DNA of 64,000 nucleotides from an uncultured Deinococcaceae bacterium (lineage in GTDB: Bacteria; Deinococcota; Deinococci; Deinococcales; Deinococcaceae). Below the pieces are notes generated by a model. It was not told where the DNA came from, searched no databases, and saw only the letters and a list, made by a program, of their open reading frames with translations. Shown in pieces: positions 31,349 to 39,892 of this stretch (position 1 is the first letter of the stretch; every line of letters begins with the position of its first letter). A program made the translations under genes and the position numbers. The stretch is taken from positions 32,001 through 96,000 of the forward strand of contig CAXULY010000016.1 of the NCBI GenBank assembly GCA_964252075.1, in the 5' to 3' direction.

Positions 31349-32023
31349 TCAGCTACCCTGCTCGCCCTGCACCTTGGCCTTGAGCGCCGCGAGTTCGTCG
31401 TCAATGGCGCGGTCGCGGCCCAGCTTGCTGAGCTGCGCGTCCAGGTCGCCGTCCTCGCGGAGGTCGCGCATGGCGCCCGCCTTGTCCTCCATGGCGCTCA
31501 CCTTGCGTTCCATGTCCTCGAAGGCGTTCATGGCGCCGCCGGACTTGTCGAAGCCGGACATGCGCTCCATGGTCTGGCTGGCCTGCGCGGTCTTCTGGCG
31601 GGCCTGCAGCAGTTCCTTCTTGGATTCCATCTCGTCGATCTTCGCTTCGAGGGCGCGCAGCTGGGTTTTCAGCTGGTCCACCATGCTGCTCTGCTGCGCG
31701 AGCTGCGCGTCGAAGCCCGCCGCGAGGTCCTGGTGGTTCTTCTTGCGGCGCAGCGCTTCGCGCGCGAGGTCCTCGCTGCCCGCGCGCAGGGCGTCCTCGG
31801 CTTTGGTGCCGTACTCCTGCGCGAGCCTGCGGTTGGTGTCGGCCTCGCGCTGCAGTTTGCTCTGCTGCGCCATGGAGTCCGCGACCTCGCTGCGCGCCTG
31901 CGTGTAGGCGTCGCGCATGTCGCGCAGGCTCTGCTCGATGATCTTGCCGGGGTCCTCGGCTTTGGAGATCAGGTCGTTCACGTTGGCGCGGATCAGGCGG
32001 GAGAGGCGATCGAGAATGCTCAT
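31349..32023 (-). CDS. pspA: PspA/IM30 family protein
   Basis: MSILDRLSRLIRANVNDLISKAEDP, GSEDLAREAL, AFEDMERKV and DELAALKAK; GGAGG RBS. Confidence 0.95.
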   Translation of the reverse strand: MSILDRLSRLIRANVNDLISKAEDPGKIIEQSLRDMRDAYTQARSEVADSMAQQSKLQREADTNRRLAQEYGTKAEDALRAGSEDLAREALRRKKNHQDLAAGFDAQLAQQSSMVDQLKTQLRALEAKIDEMESKKELLQARQKTAQASQTMERMSGFDKSGGAMNAFEDMERKVSAMEDKAGAMRDLREDGDLDAQLSKLGRDRAIDDELAALKAKVQGEQGS

Positions 32024-32106
32024 GGGTTCCTCCTTCGGGGCGGTGACCCCTTTTGCCTCACACTACGCCGCAGGGTCGTGAAAGGTTCCTGGGCTGGGTG
32101 GGTTGA

Positions 32107-32166
32107 TTGACGTCACGTGTGGGTCCGGTTAATATTTGGCATGCAAATCGTTGGGTTGCAAACCAA
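32107..32166 (+). promoter_or_regulatory. Sigma70-type promoter (TTGACG-N17-TAATAT) with overlapping TTG-N5-CAA MarR-type operator boxes
   Basis: -35 at 32107-32112, -10 at 32130-32135; TTG-N5-CAA at 32136-32146, 32151-32161 and 32156-32166. Confidence 0.65.
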
Positions 32167-32616
32167 ATGAGCGCGCCATCCCCCGAGCCACTGGAGGGCT
32201 GCCTCAGCTTCCTGCTGGGCAAGGCCTACGGCCGCGTGCAGGCCGACTTCAAACGGCTGCTCGCCCCCCACGGCGTCACGCCCGCCCAGTACGCCGCCCT
32301 GAAGGCCCTGTGGGACGGGGACGGCGTGCCCTCCGCCGCCCTCGTGGAGCGCCTGATGCTGGACCCCGCCACCGTGAGCGGCCTGCTGGACCGGCTGGAA
32401 GCGGGCGGCCTGCTGCGCCGCGCGCCCGACCCGCACGACCGCCGCGCCCAGCAGCTGTGGCTCACCCCCGAGGGCCGCGCCCTGCGGGGCCCCCTCGAAG
32501 CGGTGCAGGCGCAGGTGAACGCCAGCGTCCTCGCGCACCTGAGCGCCCCCGACGCGCAGCACTTCAAGGCGGTGCTGGCGCAGCTCGGCGGCGTGCGCCC
32601 GCAGGTGCCCGCATGA
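32167..32616 (+). CDS. MarR family transcriptional regulator
   Basis: GVTPAQY, LDPATVSGLLDRLE and DRRA..LWLTPEG. Confidence 0.93.
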   Translation: MSAPSPEPLEGCLSFLLGKAYGRVQADFKRLLAPHGVTPAQYAALKALWDGDGVPSAALVERLMLDPATVSGLLDRLEAGGLLRRAPDPHDRRAQQLWLTPEGRALRGPLEAVQAQVNASVLAHLSAPDAQHFKAVLAQLGGVRPQVPA

Positions 32617-33032
32617 GCGAACCCACCTTCGACACCAAGGTCGCGGTCGTGCTGCGCGACGACCTCGCCACGTGGCAGAAACTGAACGTCACGGCCTTCA
32701 TGGCGACCGGCATCGCGGGCGCGCACCCCGAACTGATCGGTGAGCCCTACGAGGACGCCAGCGGCCAGCGCTACCTGCCGCTCCTCGTGCAGCCGGTGCT
32801 GGTCTTCCAGGCGCAGGCCGCGCAGCTCGCCACCGCCCTGCAGCGCGCCCGTGCGCGCGACGTGACGTGCGCCGTGTACACCGAGGACATGTTCCGCACC
32901 GGCAACGACGCCGACAACCGCGCCGCCGTGCGCGCCGTCCCGGAAGGCGCCCTGCCGCTCGTCGGGCTGGCCCTGCGCGCCGACCGCCGCGTGGTGGACA
33001 AGGTCCTCAAGGGCCTGAGCCTGCACCCATGA
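32613..33032 (+). CDS. DUF2000 family protein
   Basis: FDTKVAVVLRDDLATWQKLNVTAF, GEPYEDASG and MFRTGND; ATGA overlap with marR. Confidence 0.8.
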   Translation: MSEPTFDTKVAVVLRDDLATWQKLNVTAFMATGIAGAHPELIGEPYEDASGQRYLPLLVQPVLVFQAQAAQLATALQRARARDVTCAVYTEDMFRTGNDADNRAAVRAVPEGALPLVGLALRADRRVVDKVLKGLSLHP

Positions 33033-33043
33033 GGAGACCCGAG

Positions 33044-34285
33044 ATGACGAAAACCGCGCGCCCACCCCTCTACTACGGCTGGATCGTGACGGGGGTGGTG
33101 GGCCTCGTGCTGCTCATCGCGGCGGGAGGCCGCAGCGCGCCCGGCGTGTTCCTGGTGCCCATGCAGGAACTCGGGTGGCCCATCAGCACCCTCTCCGCCG
33201 CCGTGAGTCTGGGCCTCCTGATGTTCGGCCTGGGCGGCCCCCTCTCCGGCTGGCTGATGGACCGCTACGGGCCGCGCCGCGTGACCCTCGCGGGCCTCGC
33301 CGTCGTGGCGGTCGCGTACGCGCTCAGCAGCGTCATTCACGCGCAGTGGCAGCTGTACCTGTTCTGGGGCCTGCTGAGCGGCATCGGCACGGGCGTCATC
33401 GGGAGCGTGCTGGGCGCCACCGTCGCCGCGCGCTGGTTCGTGCGCCAGCGCGGCCTCGTCACGGGCATCTTCGGCGCCGCCACCAGCGCCGGGCAGCTCA
33501 TGTTCATTCCGCTCCTGACGGCCCTCGCCGCCGGGCCCGGCTGGCGCGCCAGCAGCCTCGGCATCGCGGCGCTCGCGCTCGTGCTGGTGGTGCCCGTGTG
33601 GTTCCTGCTGCGCGACGCGCCCGCCGACCTGGGCCTCGCGCCGGACGGCGACCCAGGGGCGAGCGCCGCGAAACCCCCCGCTCCCGAGGCGGGCGTCATG
33701 CGCCGCGCGCTGCGCTCTCGCGACTTCTGGCTGCTCGCGGGCACCTTCTTCGTGTGCGGCGCGACCAGCAACGGCCTGATCGGCACGCACTTCATCAAGT
33801 TCTGCACCGACGCGGGCCTCACCGCCGGGTACGCGGCCGGCACGCTCGCCCTGATGGGTGCGTTCAACTTCGTGGGCACCGTCGCGAGCGGCTGGCTCAC
33901 CGACCGCTTCGACCCGCGCGCCCTGCTCGGCTGCTACTACGCCTTCCGCGGCGTGAGTCTGCTGCTGCTGCTGTTCATCCCGCCCGGCCCGGGCCTCGTG
34001 GCGTTCGCGGTGCTGTTCGGCCTGGATTACATCGCGACCGTGCCGCCCACCACCGCCCTCGTCGCGGACCGCTTCGGGCGGCAGAACCTCGGCACGGTGT
34101 ACGGCTGGGTGTTCTGCGCGCATCAGGTGGGCGCGGCGCTGGGCTCCTGGCTGGGCGGCGTGGCGCGCGAGGACCTCGGCGGGTACGGCGCGGCCTTCGT
34201 CGCGGCGGGCGTCCTGGCCGTGGCGGGCGCCGTGCTGGCCCAGGGCGTCGGGCGACCCCTGAAGGCGGCGCCCGCCGGAGACTGA
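33044..34285 (+). CDS. MFS transporter
   Basis: YYGW, DRYGPRR, RWFVRQRG, FFVCG and GLDYIATVPPT. Confidence 0.92.
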   Translation: MTKTARPPLYYGWIVTGVVGLVLLIAAGGRSAPGVFLVPMQELGWPISTLSAAVSLGLLMFGLGGPLSGWLMDRYGPRRVTLAGLAVVAVAYALSSVIHAQWQLYLFWGLLSGIGTGVIGSVLGATVAARWFVRQRGLVTGIFGAATSAGQLMFIPLLTALAAGPGWRASSLGIAALALVLVVPVWFLLRDAPADLGLAPDGDPGASAAKPPAPEAGVMRRALRSRDFWLLAGTFFVCGATSNGLIGTHFIKFCTDAGLTAGYAAGTLALMGAFNFVGTVASGWLTDRFDPRALLGCYYAFRGVSLLLLLFIPPGPGLVAFAVLFGLDYIATVPPTTALVADRFGRQNLGTVYGWVFCAHQVGAALGSWLGGVAREDLGGYGAAFVAAGVLAVAGAVLAQGVGRPLKAAPAGD

Positions 34286-34299
34286 CGTTCCAGAAGGAA

Positions 34300-34328
34300 G
34301 CGGGGGCCGGGCTCAGCCCGGCCCCCGC
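34300..34328. terminator. Terminator-like hairpin between convergent genes
   Basis: 13-bp perfect stem GCGGGGGCCGGGC / GCCCGGCCCCCGC. Confidence 0.65.
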
Positions 34329-34331
34329 CGT

Positions 34332-35396
34332 TCACCGCCAGGCGCGCTCGTACTGCTTCGGCGCCCCCACCGCGTCCCCCAGCTCACGCGCGGCGCGCTG
34401 CGGCCAGTGCGGGTCGCGCAGCAACTCCCGCGCCAGCGCCACGAGGTCCGCCTGCCCGCCCGCGACGATCGCCTCGGCCTGCTGCGGCTCCGTGATGAGG
34501 CCCACCGCCATGCTCGCGATGCTCGCCTCCGACCGCACGCACGCCGCGAACGCCACCTGGTACCCCGGCGTCACCTGAATCTGCTGCTCCGGGCTCAGGC
34601 CACCACTCGAGACGTCAATGAGGTCCACGCCCTCCGCGCGCAGCAGGCGCGAGAACTCAACGGTCTGCGCGACGTCCCAGCCGCCCGACACCCAGTCCGT
34701 CGCGCTCAGGCGCACCAGCAGCGGGCGGTGCCCCGGCCACGCCTCACGCACCGCCCGCACGACCTCCAGCGGGAACCGCGCGCGGTTCTCGAAGCTGCCA
34801 CCGTACTCGTCCTCGCGCAGGTTCGACAGTGGCGACAGGAACTGATGCAGCAGGTACCCGTGCGCCGCGTGAATCTCCACGGTGTCCATGCCCGCCATCA
34901 CCGCGCGGGCGGTGGCGGCGCGGAAGTCCTGAACGACCTTCGCCATGTCCTCGGCGGTCATCGCGCGCGGCTGCGGGTACTGCTCGTTGTACGGCGCGTC
35001 CGAAGGCCCCACCACCTCCCAGCCGCCCGCCTCCAGCGGCACCGCGCCGTGACCGCGCCACGGCGCGTACGTGCTGGCCTTGCGGCCCGCGTGCGCCAGC
35101 TGCGCGCCGATCAGCGCGCCGTGACCATGTATGAAATCCGTGATCTCCGCGAGCGCCGTGATGTGCTCGTCCCGCCACAACCCCAGGTCCTCCGGGCTGA
35201 TGCGCGCCTCCGGGCTCACGGCGGTCGCCTCTGTCAGGATGAGGCCCGCGCCGCCCATCGCGAGGCCGCCCAGGTGCGCGAGGTGAAACTCGTTCGCGAA
35301 GCCGTTCTCGCTGCTGTACATGCACATGGGGGAGACCACCACGCGGTTCTTGAAGGTCAGGTCGCGCAGCTTGAAGGGCGAGAAGAGTTCACTCAT
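34332..35396 (-). CDS. NADH:flavin oxidoreductase (Old Yellow Enzyme, YqjM/NamA-like)
   Basis: KNRVVVSPMCMYS, QLAHAGRKAS, EIHAAHGYLLHQFLSP and DEYGGSFENR. Confidence 0.93.
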   Translation of the reverse strand: MSELFSPFKLRDLTFKNRVVVSPMCMYSSENGFANEFHLAHLGGLAMGGAGLILTEATAVSPEARISPEDLGLWRDEHITALAEITDFIHGHGALIGAQLAHAGRKASTYAPWRGHGAVPLEAGGWEVVGPSDAPYNEQYPQPRAMTAEDMAKVVQDFRAATARAVMAGMDTVEIHAAHGYLLHQFLSPLSNLREDEYGGSFENRARFPLEVVRAVREAWPGHRPLLVRLSATDWVSGGWDVAQTVEFSRLLRAEGVDLIDVSSGGLSPEQQIQVTPGYQVAFAACVRSEASIASMAVGLITEPQQAEAIVAGGQADLVALARELLRDPHWPQRAARELGDAVGAPKQYERAWR

Positions 35397-35842
35397 GCAA
35401 AAACTGTGGCGGTCCGTGAGGCCCGCGCGCCGGGTCCGCGCTCACCTTTGCTCAGGCCGCGCGGATTCCGGTTGGCGTGCAGGCGCCCGTTCATCCGCGA
35501 CCGCAGGGCCCACGCCGCGCCGTCAGGCGTCCTGCAGGTGATGAGCATCGCGCCATGATGAGAGAGGCCATGAACCGCTGCAACCGCCCCGATCCACGCG
35601 CGCAAGGGGAGCGGACGAGCCCCTCCGGCCGCCATTCCAGCCCCGCTGAGGACTGGGTCTACCTGTACGGTGGTCATGATGGCCTTCATGCAGCTGGGAA
35701 GCGCGTCACGCCGCGCCTGGGCAGTCTTCAGTGGGCCACCCGTGACAACTCTGGGTGGGTTCGCAATGCTTTCCAGAACTCACCGCGCGGGAGGCTAGAC
35801 AAGCTGGGTGGTCGCTCAGCACGCCCCGCCTATCCTCGGGTC

Positions 35843-35887
35843 ATGTTCAGCATGAGCGCGTGGTGGTGGCCCAGCCTGCCTGGGTGA
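35843..35887 (+). CDS. trpL: trp operon leader peptide MFSMSAWWWPSLPG
   Basis: Three tandem TGG codons (35861-35869), TATCCT -10 box 6 nt before ATG, directly upstream of a terminator hairpin and trpE. Confidence 0.85.
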   Translation: MFSMSAWWWPSLPG

Positions 35888-35942
35888 CCCTCCGCGTGCT
35901 GTTCCCGCTGCGACCCAGGTGCAACCCCACCTGGGTCGTTTT
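35870..35942 (+). promoter_or_regulatory. Transcription attenuator (pause / antiterminator / terminator)
   Basis: CCCAG(35870-74):CTGGG(35880-84); CCTGGGT(35879-85):ACCCAGG(35913-19); terminator CGACCCAGGTG(35911-21):CACCTGGGTCG(35928-38) followed by TTTT. Confidence 0.85.
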
Positions 35943-35973
35943 CGCGTTGTCCCCAGTTAGGAGCCGTGAACGC

Positions 35974-37404
35974 ATGACCACCGAACCCACACAACTGCCC
36001 CGCACCACGCCCGCCCTCAGCGTCCGGGAACTCATCGCGGACCTCGACACGCCCGTCACCGCGTACCTCAAGGTCGCGCGGCCCGGCCAGCCCAGCTTCC
36101 TGCTGGAGTCCGTGGAGGGCGGCGAGCGTCAGGCGCGCTACTCCTTCATCGGGGTGGGGGAGCAGGGCCGCTTCTCGTACCGGGGCGGCACGGTGCGCCT
36201 CAGCGGGGTGTTCGGGAACGGCGAGGAAGCCACCGCCGACCCCCTCTCGCTGCTGTACCAGCGCACCGTGCGGCCCGTGCACGCCCCCGCGCACCTGCCC
36301 GCCTTCGTGGGCGGCGCGGTCGGGTACGCCGCCTACGACCTCATCCGCGCGTACGAACGGCTCCCCGAGACGAACCCCGACGAGCTGAACCTCCCGGACG
36401 CCCTCTTCATCGTGCCCGAGGGCATGGTGGTGTTTGACCACCTCAAGCACCGCCTGTACGCCGTCGCGACCGCCCCGGACCCCGCGCGCGCCGAGGCGAC
36501 CGTGGAGTGCCTCGTGCAGCAACTGCGCGGCCCGCTGCCCGAGGTGCCCGGCAGCCAGCCCGGCAGCCCGCCGCAGTTCACCAGCAACTTCACGCGCGAG
36601 GCCTTCCTGCAGGCCGTCGAGACGTGCCTGGAGTACATCCGCGCGGGTGACATCTTCCAGGTGGTGCCGGGGCAGCGCTTCACGTCGCCCCTCACGGTGG
36701 AGCCCTTCGCGGTGTACCGCGCCCTGCGCGGCCTGAACCCCAGCCCCTACCTGGGTTACCTGGACCTCGGGGAGGTCACGCTGGTCGCCAGCAGCCCCGA
36801 GAGCCTCCTGCGGAGTGACGGGCGTCAGATCGTAACGCGCCCCATCGCGGGCACGCGACGCCGCGGCGCCACGCCCGAGGAGGACCGCGCCCTCGCAACG
36901 GAACTGCTCGCGGACGAGAAGGAGCGCGCCGAGCACCTCATGCTGGTGGACCTGGGCCGCAACGACATCGGGCGCGTCGCGCGCTACGGTAGCGTGCAGG
37001 TCGAGGACGCCTTCACCATCGAGCGCTACAGCCACGTGATGCACATCGTGTCCGGCGTGCGCGGCGAACTGAAAGACGGCCTCACGCCCCTGCACGCGCT
37101 CGCCAGCACCCTCCCGATGGGCACGGTGTCCGGCGCGCCCAAGATCCGCGCGATGGAGATCATCGAGGAGGTGGAGCCCACGCGGCGCGGGCCGTACGGC
37201 GGCGCCTTCGGGTACATCGCGTACGACGGCAGCCTCGACATGGCCCTCACCCTGCGCACCATGGTGATCGCGGACGGGCAGGTGCACATCCAGGCGGGCG
37301 GCGGCGTGGTGGCCGACAGCGACCCTGAAGCGGAGTACCAGGAGAGCATCAACAAGGCGGCGGCGCTGAAGAAAGCCGTCGAGCTGGCCGCGGAGGGCCT
37401 GTGA
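35974..37404 (+). CDS. trpE: Anthranilate synthase component I
   Basis: DLDTPV, LLES, GDIFQVV, NPSPY, KERAEHLMLVDLGRND and GTVSGAPK. Confidence 0.97.
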   Translation: MTTEPTQLPRTTPALSVRELIADLDTPVTAYLKVARPGQPSFLLESVEGGERQARYSFIGVGEQGRFSYRGGTVRLSGVFGNGEEATADPLSLLYQRTVRPVHAPAHLPAFVGGAVGYAAYDLIRAYERLPETNPDELNLPDALFIVPEGMVVFDHLKHRLYAVATAPDPARAEATVECLVQQLRGPLPEVPGSQPGSPPQFTSNFTREAFLQAVETCLEYIRAGDIFQVVPGQRFTSPLTVEPFAVYRALRGLNPSPYLGYLDLGEVTLVASSPESLLRSDGRQIVTRPIAGTRRRGATPEEDRALATELLADEKERAEHLMLVDLGRNDIGRVARYGSVQVEDAFTIERYSHVMHIVSGVRGELKDGLTPLHALASTLPMGTVSGAPKIRAMEIIEEVEPTRRGPYGGAFGYIAYDGSLDMALTLRTMVIADGQVHIQAGGGVVADSDPEAEYQESINKAAALKKAVELAAEGL

Positions 37405-37871
37405 GCAAAATTGCGCCCCTCACGCCCGCGGACCTGCCGGACCTGCTGGCCCTGCAGCGCCTCGCCTTCCGGACTGAGGCGCCCCTGTATCCTGGCGCGC
37501 ACATCCCAGCGCTGGAGGAGGGCCTGGACGACCTGCGGGGCGACTGCGTCTCCCGCACGGTGCTGGGTGTGCGTGAGGACGGTCGGCTGATCGGCAGCGT
37601 GCGCGGGCATGTGGCGAACGGCGTGGGCCACATCGAGCGCCTGGTCGTCCACCCGGATGCGCGCGGACGTGGCCTCGCGCGGCAGCTCATGGCGGCCATT
37701 GAGGCGGCGCTCGGTACCCCCACCCTGCAGCTCTTCACGGGCGCGCGCAGCGACGGGAACCTCCACCTGTACGCCGCCCTTGGTTACACGGAATCTGGCA
37801 CCAGCGAGCGCGGCGGCATCCCGTTCGTGCACCTGCGCAAAGAGCGCGTTGCGACATCGGTGGGCTGCTGA
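37401..37871 (+). CDS. GNAT family N-acetyltransferase
   Basis: LVVHPDARGRGLA motif A, LFTGARS..NLHLY..LGY; GTGA overlap with trpE. Confidence 0.9.
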   Translation: MSKIAPLTPADLPDLLALQRLAFRTEAPLYPGAHIPALEEGLDDLRGDCVSRTVLGVREDGRLIGSVRGHVANGVGHIERLVVHPDARGRGLARQLMAAIEAALGTPTLQLFTGARSDGNLHLYAALGYTESGTSERGGIPFVHLRKERVATSVGC

Positions 37872-38254
37872 TGAACCGCAAGGAGCGCATAGAAGAACTG
37901 CTGACCTCACCTGATCTGCTGAGTTGGCTTCAGGGCTGGTATTTCGCCCATTGCAACGGCGATTGGGAACATAATTACGGGCCTAGTATCACTCCCTGCA
38001 TTACGACGATAGATAATTCTGGTTGGACGGTGAGTATCGCTCTGACAGGAACGAGACTGGAAACAGTGCCTTTTGAGTTGCTGTTTATAGAACGAGAAGA
38101 ACACGATTGGGTTCACTGTAAGGTCGAACAGGGTTATTTCGTTGGATATGGTGGGCCTGGAAATCTGATAGAAGTCATCAATCAATTCCGTGAATGGGCA
38201 AATCCGTATATCGTTATTGCCGATTTCCTCGAAATTGATTTGGCAGGGAGCTGA
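37871..38254 (+). CDS. Immunity protein Imm53 family (polymorphic toxin immunity), low GC
   Basis: [28 protein letters not shown]...E.DW..C......F...GGP.NL pattern; hand count about 47% GC. Confidence 0.8.
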   Translation: MNRKERIEELLTSPDLLSWLQGWYFAHCNGDWEHNYGPSITPCITTIDNSGWTVSIALTGTRLETVPFELLFIEREEHDWVHCKVEQGYFVGYGGPGNLIEVINQFREWANPYIVIADFLEIDLAGS

Positions 38255-38255
38255 A

Positions 38256-38867
38256 ATGAATAATCCCCCCCGCGTGCTCGTCATCGACAACTACGATTCG
38301 TTCACGTACAACCTCGTGCAGTACCTAGGTGAGCTCGGCGCGGACCTCACGGTGTGGCGCAACGACGCCTTCACCCTCGATGAACTCGCGGCGCTCGACC
38401 CGGACGCCATCGTGGTATCGCCCGGCCCGTGCACGCCGCTGGACGCCGGGCACAGCGTTGCGGTGATCGAGCGTTTCGCGGACCGCTACCCCATGCTGGG
38501 CGTGTGCCTGGGGCACCAGAGCATGGGGCAGGCCTTCGGGGCGCGGGTGGTGCGCGCGCAGACGCCCATGCACGGCAAGACCAGCGCCGTCACGCACGAC
38601 GGCGAGGGCCTCTTCGCGGGCCTCCCGTCGCCGCTGACCGTCACGCGCTACCACTCCCTGATCGTCGAGGACCTGCCGGACACCCTGGTGCCGACCGCCT
38701 GGGCGGAGGAGCCGGACGGCGGGCGCACCCTCATGGCGCTGCGGCACCGCGAGTACCCCGTGTACGGCGTGCAGTTCCACCCGGAGAGCATCGCGAGTGA
38801 GGGCGGCAAGGCCATGTTGCGGTCCTTCCTGACGCTGGCGCAGAATCATCGGGCAAGCCATGCTTGA
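38256..38867 (+). CDS. trpG: Anthranilate synthase component II (glutamine amidotransferase)
   Basis: [28 protein letters not shown] and QFHPES. Confidence 0.95.
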   Translation: MNNPPRVLVIDNYDSFTYNLVQYLGELGADLTVWRNDAFTLDELAALDPDAIVVSPGPCTPLDAGHSVAVIERFADRYPMLGVCLGHQSMGQAFGARVVRAQTPMHGKTSAVTHDGEGLFAGLPSPLTVTRYHSLIVEDLPDTLVPTAWAEEPDGGRTLMALRHREYPVYGVQFHPESIASEGGKAMLRSFLTLAQNHRASHA

Positions 38868-38885
38868 GCTCGGGAGGCGGACGAT

Positions 38886-39890
38886 TTGATTCACGGCAAG
38901 CTGATGAACGGCGAGACCCTCACCCTGCCGGAGGCGACGGCCTTCATGCAGGGCGTCATGAACGGCGACGTGAGCGGCGTGCAGCTCGCCGCGTCCCTCG
39001 CCGCGCTGCGCGTGCGCGGCGAGACGCCCGAGGAGATCGCGGGCTTCGCGCAGGTCATGCGGGAGCACGCGGTGAAGGTGCCCGTGCGCGCCTTTGACGT
39101 GCTGCTCGACACCTGCGGCACGGGCGGGGACGGCTCGCACACCTTCAACATCTCCACGACCGCCGCCTTCGTGGTCGCGGCGGGCGGCGTGCCCGTCGCG
39201 AAGCACGGGAACCGCGCGGCGAGCAGCCGCGCGGGCAGCGCGGACGTGCTGGAGGCGCTCGGCGTGAACATCGAGGCGAGCCCCGAGCGGGTCGCGGCGG
39301 CCGTCTCCGAGATCGGGCTGGGCTTCATGTTCGCGCGCAACCACCATCCGGCCCTGCGGTACGCGGCGCCCGTGCGCGGCGAGCTGGGCGTGCGGACGGT
39401 CTTCAACCTGCTGGGGCCACTCAGCAACCCGGCGGGCGCCACGCACCAGGTGCTGGGCGTGTTCAGCCCCGCGTACACGCGCACGCTCGCGGAGGTGCTG
39501 GGCCTGCTCGGCACGCGCGCCGCGATGGTGGTGAGTGGCCGCGGCCTGGACGAGCTGACCGTGTGCGGCGAAACCACCGTGAGCGAGCTGCGGGATGGCG
39601 CCGTGCGGGATTACACCCTCACGCCCGAGGAGGTCGGGGTGGGGGTGTACCCGCTGGAGGCGCTGGTGGGCGGGGACGCCGCGCAGAACGCTGACATCAC
39701 GCGCGCCCTGCTGCGCGGCCGGGGCACGCGCGCGCAGCAGGACGTGGTGGCCCTGAACGCCGGGGCGGGCCTGTACGTCGCGAGCCGCACGGACGACCTC
39801 GCCTCTGGCGTGCGGCTCGCCCGCGACCTGATGCGTTCCGGCGCCGCGTGGGACACCCTGGAACTCTACGCGGCCTTCACGCGCGGCTGA
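38886..39890 (+). CDS. trpD: Anthranilate phosphoribosyltransferase
   Basis: DTCGTGGDG..TFNIST, KHGNR and RTVFNLLGPL; TTG start after GGAGG. Confidence 0.96.
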   Translation: MIHGKLMNGETLTLPEATAFMQGVMNGDVSGVQLAASLAALRVRGETPEEIAGFAQVMREHAVKVPVRAFDVLLDTCGTGGDGSHTFNISTTAAFVVAAGGVPVAKHGNRAASSRAGSADVLEALGVNIEASPERVAAAVSEIGLGFMFARNHHPALRYAAPVRGELGVRTVFNLLGPLSNPAGATHQVLGVFSPAYTRTLAEVLGLLGTRAAMVVSGRGLDELTVCGETTVSELRDGAVRDYTLTPEEVGVGVYPLEALVGGDAAQNADITRALLRGRGTRAQQDVVALNAGAGLYVASRTDDLASGVRLARDLMRSGAAWDTLELYAAFTRG

Positions 39891-39892
39891 CC

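Noticed and set aside
35477..35842. Long ORF in frame with trpL, and an upstream extension of trpE from 35755
   Set aside because: Poor codon bias; the -10 box adjacent to ATG 35843 and the RBS before 35974 explain the true starts
37907..38290. Minus-strand 127-aa ORF over the low-GC island
   Set aside because: The plus-strand ORF has the Imm53 motifs and is coupled to both neighbours
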